Shown: in pieces, positions 43,851 through 59,127 of the stretch
Position numbering within the stretch: the stretch's first letter is position 1
Layout: each line of letters opens with the position of its first letter
Assembly: GCF_009914755.1 (NCBI RefSeq)
Contig: NC_060930.1
Source: the human T2T-CHM13v2.0 reference genome, Homo sapiens
Direction: 5' to 3' (one strand)
DNA: 64,000 nt
The notes under the pieces: generated by a model
What the model was told of the DNA's origin: nothing
The model's database searches: none
Seen by the model: only the letters and a program-made list of their open reading frames with translations
Translations under genes and position numbers: made by a program

Positions 43851-45269
43851 CTAAAAATTGCCCTGTGTTCCATCTGCAGCACCAATGTGAAGACTGTTCA
43901 CCTCTTTCCAGAATACCGTGGATCTGTGAACAGTTAAAACCTATTACATGAGCTGTGTGGAGCTGACCTGATAGGAATAATTATAATGAAAGGTTTATAT
44001 CATTCCCTAGGACTGGGGGTAAGGGCAATATAACACTCTAACACTCCTACTTTGTTCCTGTTTTAGCTTTTGAAGTTTTATAATAGCAAGTTACTTGATT
44101 TGTCTTGAGATTTGAGCTGTATCACTGATATAAGCTTTCTAATTATCTTTATCAACGTGGCTACGGCAAGGAAAAGTGTGATTCCACAATTTAGATTTGC
44201 AGATACCAAATAGAATGCTAATTGATACTTTGGAAATATGATTTTCAAACTTAGCAGAGTGGGTAACACCAAGAAAAATGTTTTAACCTGAAGTCATTTT
44301 GAAGGCTAAAATACACTTTAAATTTAAACTGAAAGGGAAAGTGAGGAGAACCCTGCTTGAGGCTTTAATTCTTTGATTAAACTTGATAGTGGGTTATCTT
44401 TAGGGTAACTTCTACTTCAATATGAGCCTCATTCCATGGGCCAGGCCATTATAATTATGTATAATAGAATTTTTTTTCCAAAATACATTACAATATCTGA
44501 AGAAGATAATCACATTGTAACAGAGAGAAATGAAAATCTGTCAAAGAGAATGAAGAAATTATACTTGCCTTTCTTGTCCTTGGTGCCTAAAGTGAAATGA
44601 AATTGTTTTCCTGTTATCAGGCCAAGTGCAGACATACTTTAAGGGACCAGCCTTCTTTAAAGATTGTATCAGGTAGAGACATCAGTTCTGCCTTCCTCCT
44701 TGCTTCAGGGCACTGCAAATGGCTTCAGAGTACATCTATATGCTAGTTCACTGGAAGGAATCGTTGTTCCAAAGTTTTGCAGAACAAAACTCCCCTAAAT
44801 TCTCAAGAGACCAGTTCCACAAAGCTGTGAGCTGAGTTTTGTTATATTCAGATTCACTATCCATATCTCTCATGAGCTCTGAGTTTCAGCTACGATATTT
44901 TGAACCTAAGGAATACTTTACCCTTTCTTTTTCTCCAGGAAGCAACGATCCAGTATAAAAGGAGTTATATAATCAAGACATAACTGTGAGCTTTGAAACT
45001 ATTTTAATCATCAGAGCCTGCTTCTTACCATAAAACGATTTCTCAAGCTCCATAATTTGGGATAGAAAACAATGGCAATCTTGAAGAAATACCAGCAAGG
45101 ACATTAGAGAGATGAAGTAGAGAAGCATTCAAAATGGGATCAGAGGATGCATCTATTCACAGGTCCACCTGATGCCAGGGCTTGTAGAAAAAAATTTAGA
45201 GATATATTTAGAGCCATTGAAACTGTTCCCATTTTTACATAGGGAGAGATCAGCATTATATTTTGAGAA

Positions 45270-45705
45270 ACCATAGGGAAGGAGCCTGTCTTTTAAAGTC
45301 TGGTGCTACCCAGGATTCTGTCTTTGATCATAGGCTTATCTAATGGGTCATATCTTACTCTGTCATAGTTTTTACCTATTACACGCTGTATATGCTGGTA
45401 ACATCCAAGTCTAAAAATCCAGCCCAGACATAATCCCTGAGGTTCAGATTTGAAGATCTGTGTAATGACCTAGATTTATATGTGGATATCGCTCCCACAG
45501 GCATCTGGCACCCACCCTGTCTTCTAGAGTACCCCTCATAGCACTCCTTGTATTGAGTTCTAAGTGCTTATGTCACTGCCTATCTCTTCCACTGGACCAA
45601 AAGTACTGGGAAGGTCAGGGTGAGGTCTGTTTTGTTCATAATTAAAAGCCTTGCTCCTGGTACACGGCAACTGCTCAATAAATATTTTTTGAATAAATGA
45701 ATCAT
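45270..45705 (+). mobile_element. L2 fragments including the 3' end
   Basis: Ends ctggtacacggcaactgctcaataaatattttttgaataaatgaat. Confidence 0.6.
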
Positions 45706-48460
45706 TGGAGTGGGGCTTGAAAAATCTGGATAATTATAATTTTATAAAATGTCCTTTTAACACAATCTGCTCTCCAGCCCCTACCATTTAAGATAAAGGG
45801 ACTGCATTAGGACTTACTTAAGTGCCTGTCTACTTAGGGTCACAGCACACTGATTCTCTATGTAGTCATTTTGGACTATGATTTGTTGTAAGACTTTGCC
45901 TACGAATATTCTGCCAAGTACAAATAATTTAATACGATTGACCATTCAGTTGATAAAGTTGTAAATAGATAATTATTGCTTTTCAGAAGAAAGTTGCTAA
46001 AAATGCATATATATTCAAAGCAATACCTGAGAAGCATAACATAAAAAGCGTTTGCATTCCCACGAACACGGTTCAGTTAAAGCTGAGCTTTGCCTCACAG
46101 AGGATAGGCAAACTGCATCTGGGAACCTTCCGGGAAAACTACAGAAATCCAATTAGGAACAGTCCTAAATGGACTCAGAATGTTTAGGTATGATAGAGAA
46201 ACCAGTAATTCTTCTCATCAGTAAAAGTAATGAAGTGCCTTTAAAAACATCCTTCCATTTCTCCTGCTTAATAAGTAGATATAAAATTGGGGTACTTACA
46301 AAAAGTATTTAATTGTCATAGGTAGTTGGCAAGATAAATTTTTAAGAATCCAAATTTGGTAAAGAAATACATATAAACAACTTTTGAAGAGCATCAGAAA
46401 TTGAACAGCCTATCAGACCATCTGGGACTGTATTCCCTTCATCTCATCTGGATGTGCTCTGTGCCCCTCCCTGAGCCAGCTGCTTCATTTTTCCCTATCC
46501 TCTTGTCCTTAAAATCACAAAAGGACATTACACATTAACTGATGCCTTGCACTAATTTATATTTGGGGGATATTGGAAAAACTAACACTTCTTCTAAGTG
46601 TGCAGGATTCTCTTGAGTAGACAATGTGAGAAAAAGTTACAAATACTTTTCAGGTCTCTTCCCAAGTATGAAATTGAGAAATATTCTGAAAAATCAGAGT
46701 CAGACTGATTTTGGTTAGAAAATACAAATCCTATGATTTCTGCTACAATGGTATCTGAATCAAGATAATGACCATTAAGTCTCAGACCTTTACAAAGGTC
46801 TTCAGTCAGGCGAGACAAAAACATTAATTTGTTAAATGAGACTATGGGAAATACTACCAACCTCCTGAGATCTCTCATTTATCACTTTGTCATGAATCTC
46901 ACCTCTCCAGTTTCCTTACAGTTTTCAATTATGGATGCTAGAATCACTGCTGTCATTTAAAAAAATTAGAATGTCTTTATTTCTTTATACCATTTGCATT
47001 TTAATTTCCTGCCCCTTTCAGAGACATTTCTTTTGCTAAGTAATGGCCAGCAGCCAATCTCAATCTGGAGAGGAAATGATTAAAATCTTAATTCTCCTGG
47101 AGGGGGAGCTACTATATTTATCTTTTGTTTCTGGATTTGATCATCAGACTGTATGTTTCTGCCACATTAACCTCATTTTAGCAGTAGTTTTCAATATGAG
47201 TGAGAGGAAAAAGTAGAAGAGATGTTTTCAATCCAATGGTTAATCTGTTTGACACAACATTTGCTTCCTCATAATGGGTGATGGTAGTTTATATTACTCT
47301 TTAAATCAGAGCTCAACACATGTTTATAGTATCAAATTAATAATATTCACTGTGCTCCTTAAAGTTGGATATTAGCAAAAGTGATAGAAATACATGAGCA
47401 CAGAGTAGCAAAATCATTTTCACAAATGGTGATCTGTTAATGTTGAGTTTTTAGTTCTTCTTATTCCCTTTAGTCATTTATATAGTCAAATTATCTGGTC
47501 TAATTTTATTTTTAAAAATTATGATTTTTCTTAGATTCCAACAGTAATATAAAAGCAAACAAACAGTACTTAGTTACTTTTTACTTGTTAGTTGAAAATT
47601 ATAAGTCATAAAAGTAAACATGTTTTTACTTTTTTGTAAAGTAAGATTGTGTGAGACAGAATGTACATCTTAAACTCTCTCAAGGAAAGTAAATGTATTA
47701 ATTTAAGAGTTCAGAGGTTAGTGGACTCTGGGTATGGTCTGATCAAGTCACTCAGTTTTTTACAATTCTACTGGCTCTTTTATATTCCATGAAAAGCTTC
47801 ATTCTGTGACTTAACTTTTTTTGTGCCTGCAAACAGTGATTGCATTTGTAAGTATCACATCTTCCTATAATATTGTCCAATTATAAAAAGAATGTCTTAG
47901 ATTAAGTAAAAAGATAACTACCTTTTTACCAATAGTCAAAAATTTTTGGCTTCATCTTGTTTGAACCAAAGTATTTCATGTGAACACTTCTGAACCAATC
48001 AATGTAACTGACAACTCCTGTATATGCAGATTGGAAGATAGGCATAGGCAGTGGATTAGGTTTCATGGACTGGGGTCAGTCCTTCAAAGTGCTTGCTGCT
48101 GTGCAATAGGAGAGGGGCACAGCACATGCTGAGGAGGCAATGACAGTCCCTGCAGTTACCCAAACTTTCTTAACATTTCAGGTGGCTCTCAAATCACAAA
48201 AGCATTCTCTCTAGCTCACAGAAAAATGACCCCCAATCAGCAGAGCAAAGATTCTCTCAATTCTACAGCAGTCAAGGTTTACTTCCCTATAATGCCTGCC
48301 TTTTTTTGAATGCTCTTAGCAAGCTTTATAGCAATTTTAAAATCTGATTCTTTGAAATCCAGAAAGTTACTAATTGGGAGTTAGAAGGGGTAAAAAAAAC
48401 GCTCAGTGTCAAAAGATTTATTGTAAAAGGTCTTTCTTGTCTTTTTGGGAGGGGAGAGAG

Positions 48461-49099
<639 letters not shown>

Positions 49100-49475
49100 G
49101 AATGGTGGTTTGTTTGCTTTTTGTTAACTTTTCTTTTGGAGGTTATAAAACCAACTGCTTCTTCCAACATTTTAATTTAGGGTTTTGTTGCAGTAGGAGA
49201 CTTTATTTCATAGAAGTAATAGTTATTTTGCTGATGTTCAAAGGATGCTTCTGGTACTCGGTGAGGTTGATGCATTTCTCTTCACCAGTGAAGTCTAATG
49301 CTATAGGAAAGTTTTCAAATTTCACACTGGTCCCTGTAATTTTCCTTCCAACTGGCAAATACTTTGAGGATGACAGCTGTGAGCCAGTGCAACTATCACC
49401 ATGGTCTGTTTCTAATTTTTTTGTTGGTGTTTATGAACACAACTTTTCCCCTTGGAGCCTTTGGTTCATTGCTGG

Positions 49476-49915
49476 TGATGAAGGATTTTATCTCCTTAGC
49501 TCATCTAGGTCTGGGTTCTTGTCTTGTCTCATGACCAGGAAAAATCAGGCACGTGGACACTCGAAGAGTGAGTGGAGTAGAATGTATTAAGTGAAAAGGA
49601 AAGCTCTCAGCAAAAAGGGGCATCCTGAAAGCAGGTTGCCAGTTTTCCTTCGCAGTACAAGGGCTTATATATATATAAGCTGATGGAGCTGGGTTCCCTA
49701 TTTGTATAAGGCATAAATTCCAGGTGGCTCTGCCCCATTCCCCCTAGCGTGCATGTGGACCCTTAATCTTCTCCGGGCATGTTTAGGCAAGCCTGCTGTA
49801 CAAGTTCCCTTATCTGCACAAAATATCTGGTGTAGGCACTTGTGGGTTAGGTCGGATGTTTTCCAGGGACCCTTCCCTTACTGTCTGCCTAAAGCAAGCT
49901 GGCTAACTCCTTTCA
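49476..49915 (-). mobile_element. ERV1-class solo LTR (subfamily uncertain)
   Basis: TG...CA ends, 4-bp TSD ctgg on both sides, 440 bp; minus strand begins tgaaaggagttagccagcttgctttaggcagacag. Confidence 0.8.
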
Positions 49916-50960
49916 CTGGTTTTGAAGGTTTTTGTTGTTATTTTTCTAAGCACTCTTTTCATTTTATTTCACCATAAATCCAGTTCTTACAAGGTATAAA
50001 TGAAATATCTCCTTTTTAATGTGTGCTGAGGTTTGGAACTCAAATGTACAAATTATGACTGCCTATACATAAAAAACAGAAGCATGTTACCATGAAATGA
50101 AATAATGGGCAGACAATGTTAGTTTGAAATGTTCTTTTTCCCCTCCATTCCTATTAAATTTGTGTTGGTTCTTTGTTAGATGAAAGAGAAAGAAATAAAG
50201 TGCAATGCTTTTGCCTAAAAGCCTATCCCCAAAGGAATTGAGTTAACTGTACCTAGCCCCAGAGAAAGACATGAAACTATGACTGGCTAAAAAGGCTAAC
50301 TAAGATGTGTGTTTTTCTAGGATTTCTTCTTATATTCTTTGAGTCTATGTAATATGATCAGTACCTTCACTTTCGTTTTCTCTTGTAATTATGAAACGAG
50401 TGTGACAATTCTGCCCATGACACCTCAGAGTCTGTTACCAAAGTCACTGAAAACATCACAAAGGAGGACCTTGAGCTCCTCAGAATATGTTAAATAAGTA
50501 TTAAATGTGGTAAACTGTAAAGATTCTCTGTCTTTTCATAATCTTTTTATTATTTTGGTGAGTTTAGTTTTGTGTTTTTCCTTTGGAAGAGAATGCCTAA
50601 TAAAATGAGTTGAGGAATGTACACTGAGTTAGAGTGAACAATACTCCTGGATTTGGGAGTGTTTATTTTAGTTATAAAGAAAGTTCCAGTTTAGAATTTA
50701 TTCTAGACAAATAATGACATTTGAAGGCAACCATGGTTTTAATGGTTCTCTGAATCAAGCAAAAACAATGTAGGAAAATTTAAACATCTAACCCTCAGAA
50801 ATGCCAATGAAGACTATAAAACTAATTCAGTTAATGATTTCAAAATCTTATTTGACATGTTTTATAAAACAGGAATAAAACCATTCCTCAGTAGGAACTA
50901 CTCAGTCCTGCAATTGTAATTTGAATCAATATCATATTAATATAGAGCAACACTGCCTTG

Positions 50961-52444
50961 CATTTTTTTCTCTGTTGATTCAAAAATCACTTGTCTTCAA
51001 ATCTACTCCTGTCTGTTCTTTAGAGACAGGCTCATTTTTGCTTAAAGATATGATGCAAATGAAAGGAATACATTTGTAAAAATGTGATTTCTCTAGCTCC
51101 TTATTTTTTCTCTAACTCTATAATTTTACTTGTAAATATCAATTATATTATCCAGTCTTAAAGAATCACTAATAGAACAAGCATTATTAGAAAAGATAAT
51201 TAGATAAGGCCTCAACAATGATGACTTTTAATTAGCACTTTTGCAATATGATGTTCTGAAGAAAATATGATTAGTGGTTACTATAATGTTTACAATGTCA
51301 TTTACCTGAACTTTACATTTGTGTCATTTTTGTAGATAAATAAAGGGACACACTCTCAAAGACTCCATTTCTGATTTTTATATTTTTAAAACAAGGTGAT
51401 GGTTTAATGGTCTTTAATTCATTTCATATCATAATGGACAGATGGTGGACAAGGATTTTCCCCACTGTGCAGGTGTATGATGTTAAACCAATAAACACTA
51501 TACAAAGTAAGTTAAATTTTCTATAATATATATGATATGTGTGTATGTATGTGTGTGTATTTCCTGAGACTTACTAAGATATTTTATTAAGACAAGTTAT
51601 TCTTCAGGAGCATTTTAGAAATGTGAAATATTAATCCATTTGAATTTATGATTTGACAAGGGGAGTTATTAACTTCTTTCAGATGGAAACCGTTTTGCAA
51701 CAGGGCAAAACAGATTGGTCCCTAATTTCTTAATCACTTCTTTGGTGATTCGAAGGACAGACACTCATTAATCAGCTCTCAGATAAGAAACTTGCTCTGT
51801 TGTTTTAATGATCAAGTATTCTGGAGAGACTTAAAGAATCTCCAACCATCTCTTCCGCTTCCATAATATTAGATTTGTTGCTTCATCCCCCAAATTGCCC
51901 ATGACTTTCTTCTATACCATAAATGACTAAAATTGAAACTCTTGCTTCTTTTTCCTGAATCAACCTCTTAGGCTTGAATCCTCAGAACTTTAACATCATT
52001 TGTTAAATTATTTTTAAGCACTTGCTTGCAGATTTTCTGCTGCGTCCGTGTTGTTGATGGGATTGATGTTGATCAATGTAAAGGTAAAGGTCAATGTTCA
52101 GGTAAATGACATTGTAAACATTATAGTAACCACTAATCATATTTTCTTCAGAACATCATATTGCAAAAGTGCTGTTTAAAAGTCATCACTGTTGAGGCCT
52201 TATCTAATTATCTTTTCTAATAATGCTTCTTCTATTAGTGATTCTTAAAGACTGGATAATATAATTGATATTTACAAGTAAAATTTTAGAGTTAGAGAAA
52301 ATAAAGAGCTACAGAAATCGTATTTTTACAAATGTATTCCTTTCATTTGCATCATATCTTTAAGCAAAAATGAGCCTGTCTCTAAAGAAAAGACAGGAGT
52401 AGATGTGAAGACAAGTGATTTTTGAATCAACAGAGAAAAAAATG
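50961..52444. repeat. Non-TE inverted repeat: arms 50961-51311 and 52096-52444
   Basis: Hand alignment of arm 1 to the reverse complement of arm 2 gives 12 substitutions and one 2-bp indel over about 350 bp. Confidence 0.97.
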
Positions 52445-54286
52445 TTGATCCCATCAACAACAGGGATGCAGGAATTGATGTTGATCCCTCTGAATGATGA
52501 TATACTATTAAGTTGAGCCAAAGAACAAAAAATTAAGAGCATCTTTTCTCTATAACTTCCTTCCAAAAATCAAAGAATGAAATAAGACATGAGAAATTAG
52601 AACATAAATTATTAAGATGGGTTCTACAAGACCAAATGTATTGGTAGACCTAGATGTCTGTAAAATGATTTAAAAATGTGTAATTTGTAGAAATATCTCC
52701 CCAAATAAGCTTTCAGAACCAGGCTAATTACACTGACTAAATCTTTTTGACTTGTTTTCTTTCACTCACATAAGGTCTGCCTATGGTGTTTCAAAGCCCC
52801 CTTCATGCTTTCAACTGTTTCTGCTGGAGCCAGGATCCAAGTTCCATTCATTTAGCTCCCATTTTAGTCCTTAGAATGGTATTTAATAACTGTTAAAAAT
52901 GATTGAATGAATCAAGCACTATAATTTTATATATGTCTCATATCAACAGGATTCTAAACACATTGATTATTTTAGCAGTAGATGTAATAAACTGTCTTGA
53001 TAAACTGCATCACTGATCCATGCTTTATTAGTGACAAAGTTAACCATGTCAACTTTTAGTTATGGCCACAGCTACTTTCTGCTATTCTACTTTATATTCA
53101 TTGATTATACCTTGAATATAATTTTTCATTAGCTTAAATTTATATTATCAACGAAACAAGAAATTAATTAGGCTGACAGATAAAATCAGAGGATAGAAGA
53201 ATTATCAGGACACTTGTTAGTTACATTAAGATAAAACGTTTTAGACTTTTGCCCATACAGACATTTTGATTGAGCTTTTAAAAATACTGCCATTCCCTGT
53301 GTTTCCAACTTAAAGATGGCTCAAACCTTAAACCACTAATTTAATTTTTGGCACACTGAATAAAAACTGGGAATTCCGAAATCTGTGCCAATGATGGTAT
53401 TGTGGCTCTGATGAAGAGTCAGGGGAAAGAGTGGGGAGGAAACTGTGAGTAAAGTTCTCAAATGCCCAATCATTTCAGCACCTCATAATTTGTGCTGATG
53501 AAAAATACCACAGTTATGCTGCCCGAGTTTGCAGAATAAATAGCTTTGATTTCCATTACTATCCATGTTTCTATTTGAATAACAAAGACTTGCTTTACCT
53601 GATTTGAAGAATAGTCACTCTGGTCAATCTGGTGAAACAATTGGTAAGTGTAGTTGACATAATATGCATGAACGCTTTTTAAAAAGTAAGTGCTATAAAG
53701 ACTCAAGGAATTATTTATTAAATTGTTATATATAATGATAAAAACTTATCCAACTTGAAGATTCATTAAATTGTTCCAAATAAGTCAAAAAATGTGGAAA
53801 AGAGAAGCTAATAATAGATATTGATGACTTTCACAAATTCGCTATCATAGATAACTAGCTCTTATCTATGGAAATAGGCTTTGGTGATAACATGGAAAAA
53901 TGAAAATGCAGATCTATGTATGAATTAATTTTGATAAAAATATAATCTTTTTACAAAGCAAAATTATCACATTTGGATTTTTCTCTACTATTTCTTATTA
54001 TGTACTTAAAGTAGTAGAAATAACAATAATGAGAAGGTGCTAATGATTAAGAGAGAGAGTATGGGTGACGGACAGAAATAATGAAAGACAATATTCTGTT
54101 TTTAAACTATGATTTTGAAAACGTGAATTGTAATTACTGGATAACATCAATCTACTTCTATAGGGTAAATTAAGATGGGTTATATTCCTTAGTAGAGGAA
54201 AATCTAGATTCATTTTGTAACACAAGAGTAGAAACAGTAATTGGCACAAGACCAAGCTCAAGGAAAAGACTTTATAGCTAGAAATT

Positions 54287-54646
54287 TGCTATCATCTGAA
54301 TGTTTATATCTGCCCCAAATTTATATGTCAAAACTTAATCCCAAATGTGATGATATTAAGAGGTGGGGTCATTGGTGGGTGATTAGATCATGAGTACAGA
54401 GCTCTCCTGGATGGGATAAGTGCCCTTATAAAATAGGCTCAAGGAACATCATTGGCCCCTTCCACCATGAGCCGATACAGTTAGAAGATGTCCTCTTTGA
54501 GGAACAGGCGCTCCTCAGACACCAAATCTGCCAGCACCTTAATCTTGGACTTTCCAGCCTTCAGAGCTGTGAGAAATAAATATTTGTTGTTTATGAGCCA
54601 CACAGTTTATTATATGTTGTTGTAACAGCCTGACTGAACTAAGACA
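54287..54646 (+). mobile_element. MLT1A-type MaLR solo LTR
   Basis: tgctatcatctgaatgttt...gactgaactaagaca; followed by a degenerate (GATA)n run at about 54652-54702. Confidence 0.85.
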
Positions 54647-55049
54647 GAAACATAGATACAGATAAATATAGATATAGGTAGAGACAGATAGATAGATAGA
54701 TAACCAAGTTGATTTTGACATCTTTTGAAGAATTTAAATAGTTTCAGTGTTAGAGGTGACTGCCTGAATGTGGATGTGAATATCTACAGACCACACAAAT
54801 ACTTACGGGATCTAAAATACAGTTTCACACTTTTAACTATCCTCTGAATTTACATTTTCTGTTCAATAAAAGCTGTATTATACATTATGCAGATATTTAA
54901 ATCAGTACCTATAACTTCTGCATTATTAATATGTGAATGCCAGATATCCAAAAAAATACATCCACTTCACTTTGCCTTTTACCATGGGATGTGAAAAAGT
55001 GATAATCACCATTCCAAGAATTTCTACTAGTGGATTTTGACTTCTTTCC

Positions 55050-56425
55050 TCTTTGTATTTCAGTTTGGGAAATTTCTAATGACATATCTTCAAACTCATT
55101 GATTCTTTCTTTATCTGTGTCCAGTCTACTGATGAACTCATCAAAGGCATTTTTGCATTTCTGTTACAGTGGTTTTGATCTTTACCATTTCCTCTTTATT
55201 CCTTCTTAGCACTTTCATTTTTCTGCTTAAATTTTTCATCTGTTCTTGCGTGTTTTCCATAGAGCCCTTAACATATTCATCATTGTTATTTTAAATTCTG
55301 TCTGTTAATTCCAAAACCTGTGTCATATCTGAGTCTAGTTCTGATGCGTGCTTTTTCTCTTCAAAACATGTTATTTTGTTGTTGCTTTTTAGCATTCCTC
55401 TTATTTTATTGATATTTTTACTTGAGATGTAATCATTGTACATATTTATGAAATACAGCATAATATTTCAGTAGGTATGTCATGTGTCAAATCAGGGTAA
55501 TTAGCATATCTATCACTTCAAATACACACTCATAATTTCCTTGTGTTGGAAACATTCAAAATCCTCTCTTCTAGGTATTGGAAAATATACTAAATTATTG
55601 TTACCTATAGTTAACCTACAGACTATGAATGCCAGCACTTATACTTCCCCATCTAACTGTAACCTTACCCTTTCCAGTCTCTAGTAACTACTATTCTACT
55701 CCTTTGTAATTTTTTGTTGAAAGCCAGAAGGAGTGTATCAGTTGAAATGAACTGAAGTAAATAGGCCCTAAAAATAATCTAACTCCTAGCCAGACTAACA
55801 TAAAACCACACATTAATGTTTAATGATTGTTATAGTAGTATATGTCAGAGACCAACGTTAACTAGTGTCCTTGTTTTGTCTCCACTGTTGTTTTTGTGCT
55901 TCCTTAACAATTCTTCCTTAAATAGAGCCTACATCTGGCATTCTTTGCGTTGTAATTCACTGCTGTCATACTGGAGCCCTTTTGGCCTGCCATTAATGTG
56001 TACGTGGTAGAGAGGTATTCTTTAATCTTATGATTAGGTCATTCAGGAAGGCTAGAAGATGTTAGGGAATGCCTTTCCTGTAGGCCAGATAAGGCTGAGG
56101 TAAAGTCTTTTCCCTTGCAGTGGAGGCCTTTGTCATGGAGATTGCTCCAGGTGTATTTCACAAAGGTTATTTTCCTCTCCCTCTCTCAGAGCCTGGAGAG
56201 GATTTTGGCTCTTCATTGTGAGATTCATTTGGAAATCCCAAGAAAATGTGAGAGGTCCTCCAAGACTGCATCCTTTACAAGTTTCTCACTCTCATCCTAG
56301 TTCACAATCAGCTTCAACAATTCATGAAAGTTACTAATTTAAATGTTCCTACCAGTTTCTGGCTCAAAGAAAAGTGATTAATTACAAGTTGTTCTTCTGT
56401 TTCCTTGTTTCAAAGACAGCAGTAA
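55050..56425 (-). mobile_element. Old L1M 5'/ORF1-region fragment with a nested L1MA 3' end (about 55402-55700)
   Basis: tcttcaaactcattgattctttc...tccagtctactgatga; the nested piece has aaatcagggtaattagcatatc. Confidence 0.65.
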
Positions 56426-56439
56426 CTACTTCCAAGCTC

Positions 56440-56983
56440 TTTTTTTTTTTTTTTTTGAAAACGAGAGTCTTGCTATGTTTACCAGTGTTAAAGCAAACTA
56501 AATATGGCCTGAGAAGGACTCCATACTTCTATATTTGAGTTATTGCGGATGAACTGTAACCTAGCTTAATAGGCAGACAAGATTGAAAATCTAACTTAAG
56601 AGTATGTGCCTGTAACAGTAGCTGAGCTGAGCCTTGGCCAATCCCAGTGGCCATACTTCAACCACTCATAGACTGCTAAGTGTTCAAACTGTGTTCAAAT
56701 AAGGCAAACACCAACCTGTAACCAATCCAGCTGTTTCTGTACCTCACCGCCGATTTCCTTTTTTTTGTCTATAAATTAGTTCTGACCATGAAGCATCCCT
56801 GGAGTCTCACTCAATCTGCTGTGATTCTGGGGGTTGCCTGATTTGTGAATCATTCATTGCTCAATTAAACTCCTTTAAATTTAATTTGGCTGAAGTTTCT
56901 CTTTTAACACCAGACCTCAAGTATTCCTCCCTTTTCAGCCTCTTAAGTAGCTAGGATTACAGGCACAAGCCACTGTGCCCAGC
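56440..56983 (-). mobile_element. FLAM-type Alu monomer split by an LTR
   Basis: Poly-T plus gagtcttgctatgtt before the LTR; ctcaagtattcctccc...ccactgtgcccagc after it. Confidence 0.75.
56486..56909 (+). mobile_element. MER57-type ERV1 solo LTR
   Basis: tgttaaagcaaactaaatatggcctgagaaggactcc...cttttaaca; 4-bp TSD ccag. Confidence 0.85.
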
Positions 56984-57045
56984 TAAGCACTTTACATTTT
57001 GTAGCTAAAACCAGAATTTCCATATGTGGCTATTTAAATTTAAAT

Positions 57046-57987
<942 letters not shown>

Positions 57988-58298
57988 AAACTATGTAAAG
58001 TTAAGTAAAATTTAAAAGTTTGTTTCTTGGTCACACTAGCCATATTTCAGATGTTCAATAGCCATGTATGGCTAGTGGTTTCTGTATGAGACAGTGGTTT
58101 CTGTATGAACATTTCCATCATTACAGGAATTTCTATTAGTCAGAGATGGGCTAGAGGAATTCTCTAAAGAAATCTCATGGGGCAACTAGAATCACAAGAC
58201 AAAATGGGTCAGTATAAAGTAAGATCTTTTAGAGTGATGTAAGTCTTTGTCTCAGATTCACTAAATGATGAGAGAAAATTCACAATAGAGGATAACTA

Positions 58299-58718
<420 letters not shown>

Positions 58719-58790
58719 TTATATTTTCATAATATAGCTAAAGCCAAACTTGGATTTTCTGCAAGTGACTGTCACTTGTGCATTTAAAAC

Positions 58791-59127
<337 letters not shown>

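Noticed and set aside
49102-49590. Longest ORF in the window (162 aa)
   Set aside because: No recognisable domain, F/L/S-rich composition typical of T-rich DNA, and it runs into an LTR.
50961-52444. Reading the inverted repeat as a MITE or DNA transposon with long TIRs
   Set aside because: No TSD surrounds the whole unit; the direct repeat brackets only arm 2, which points to local duplication.
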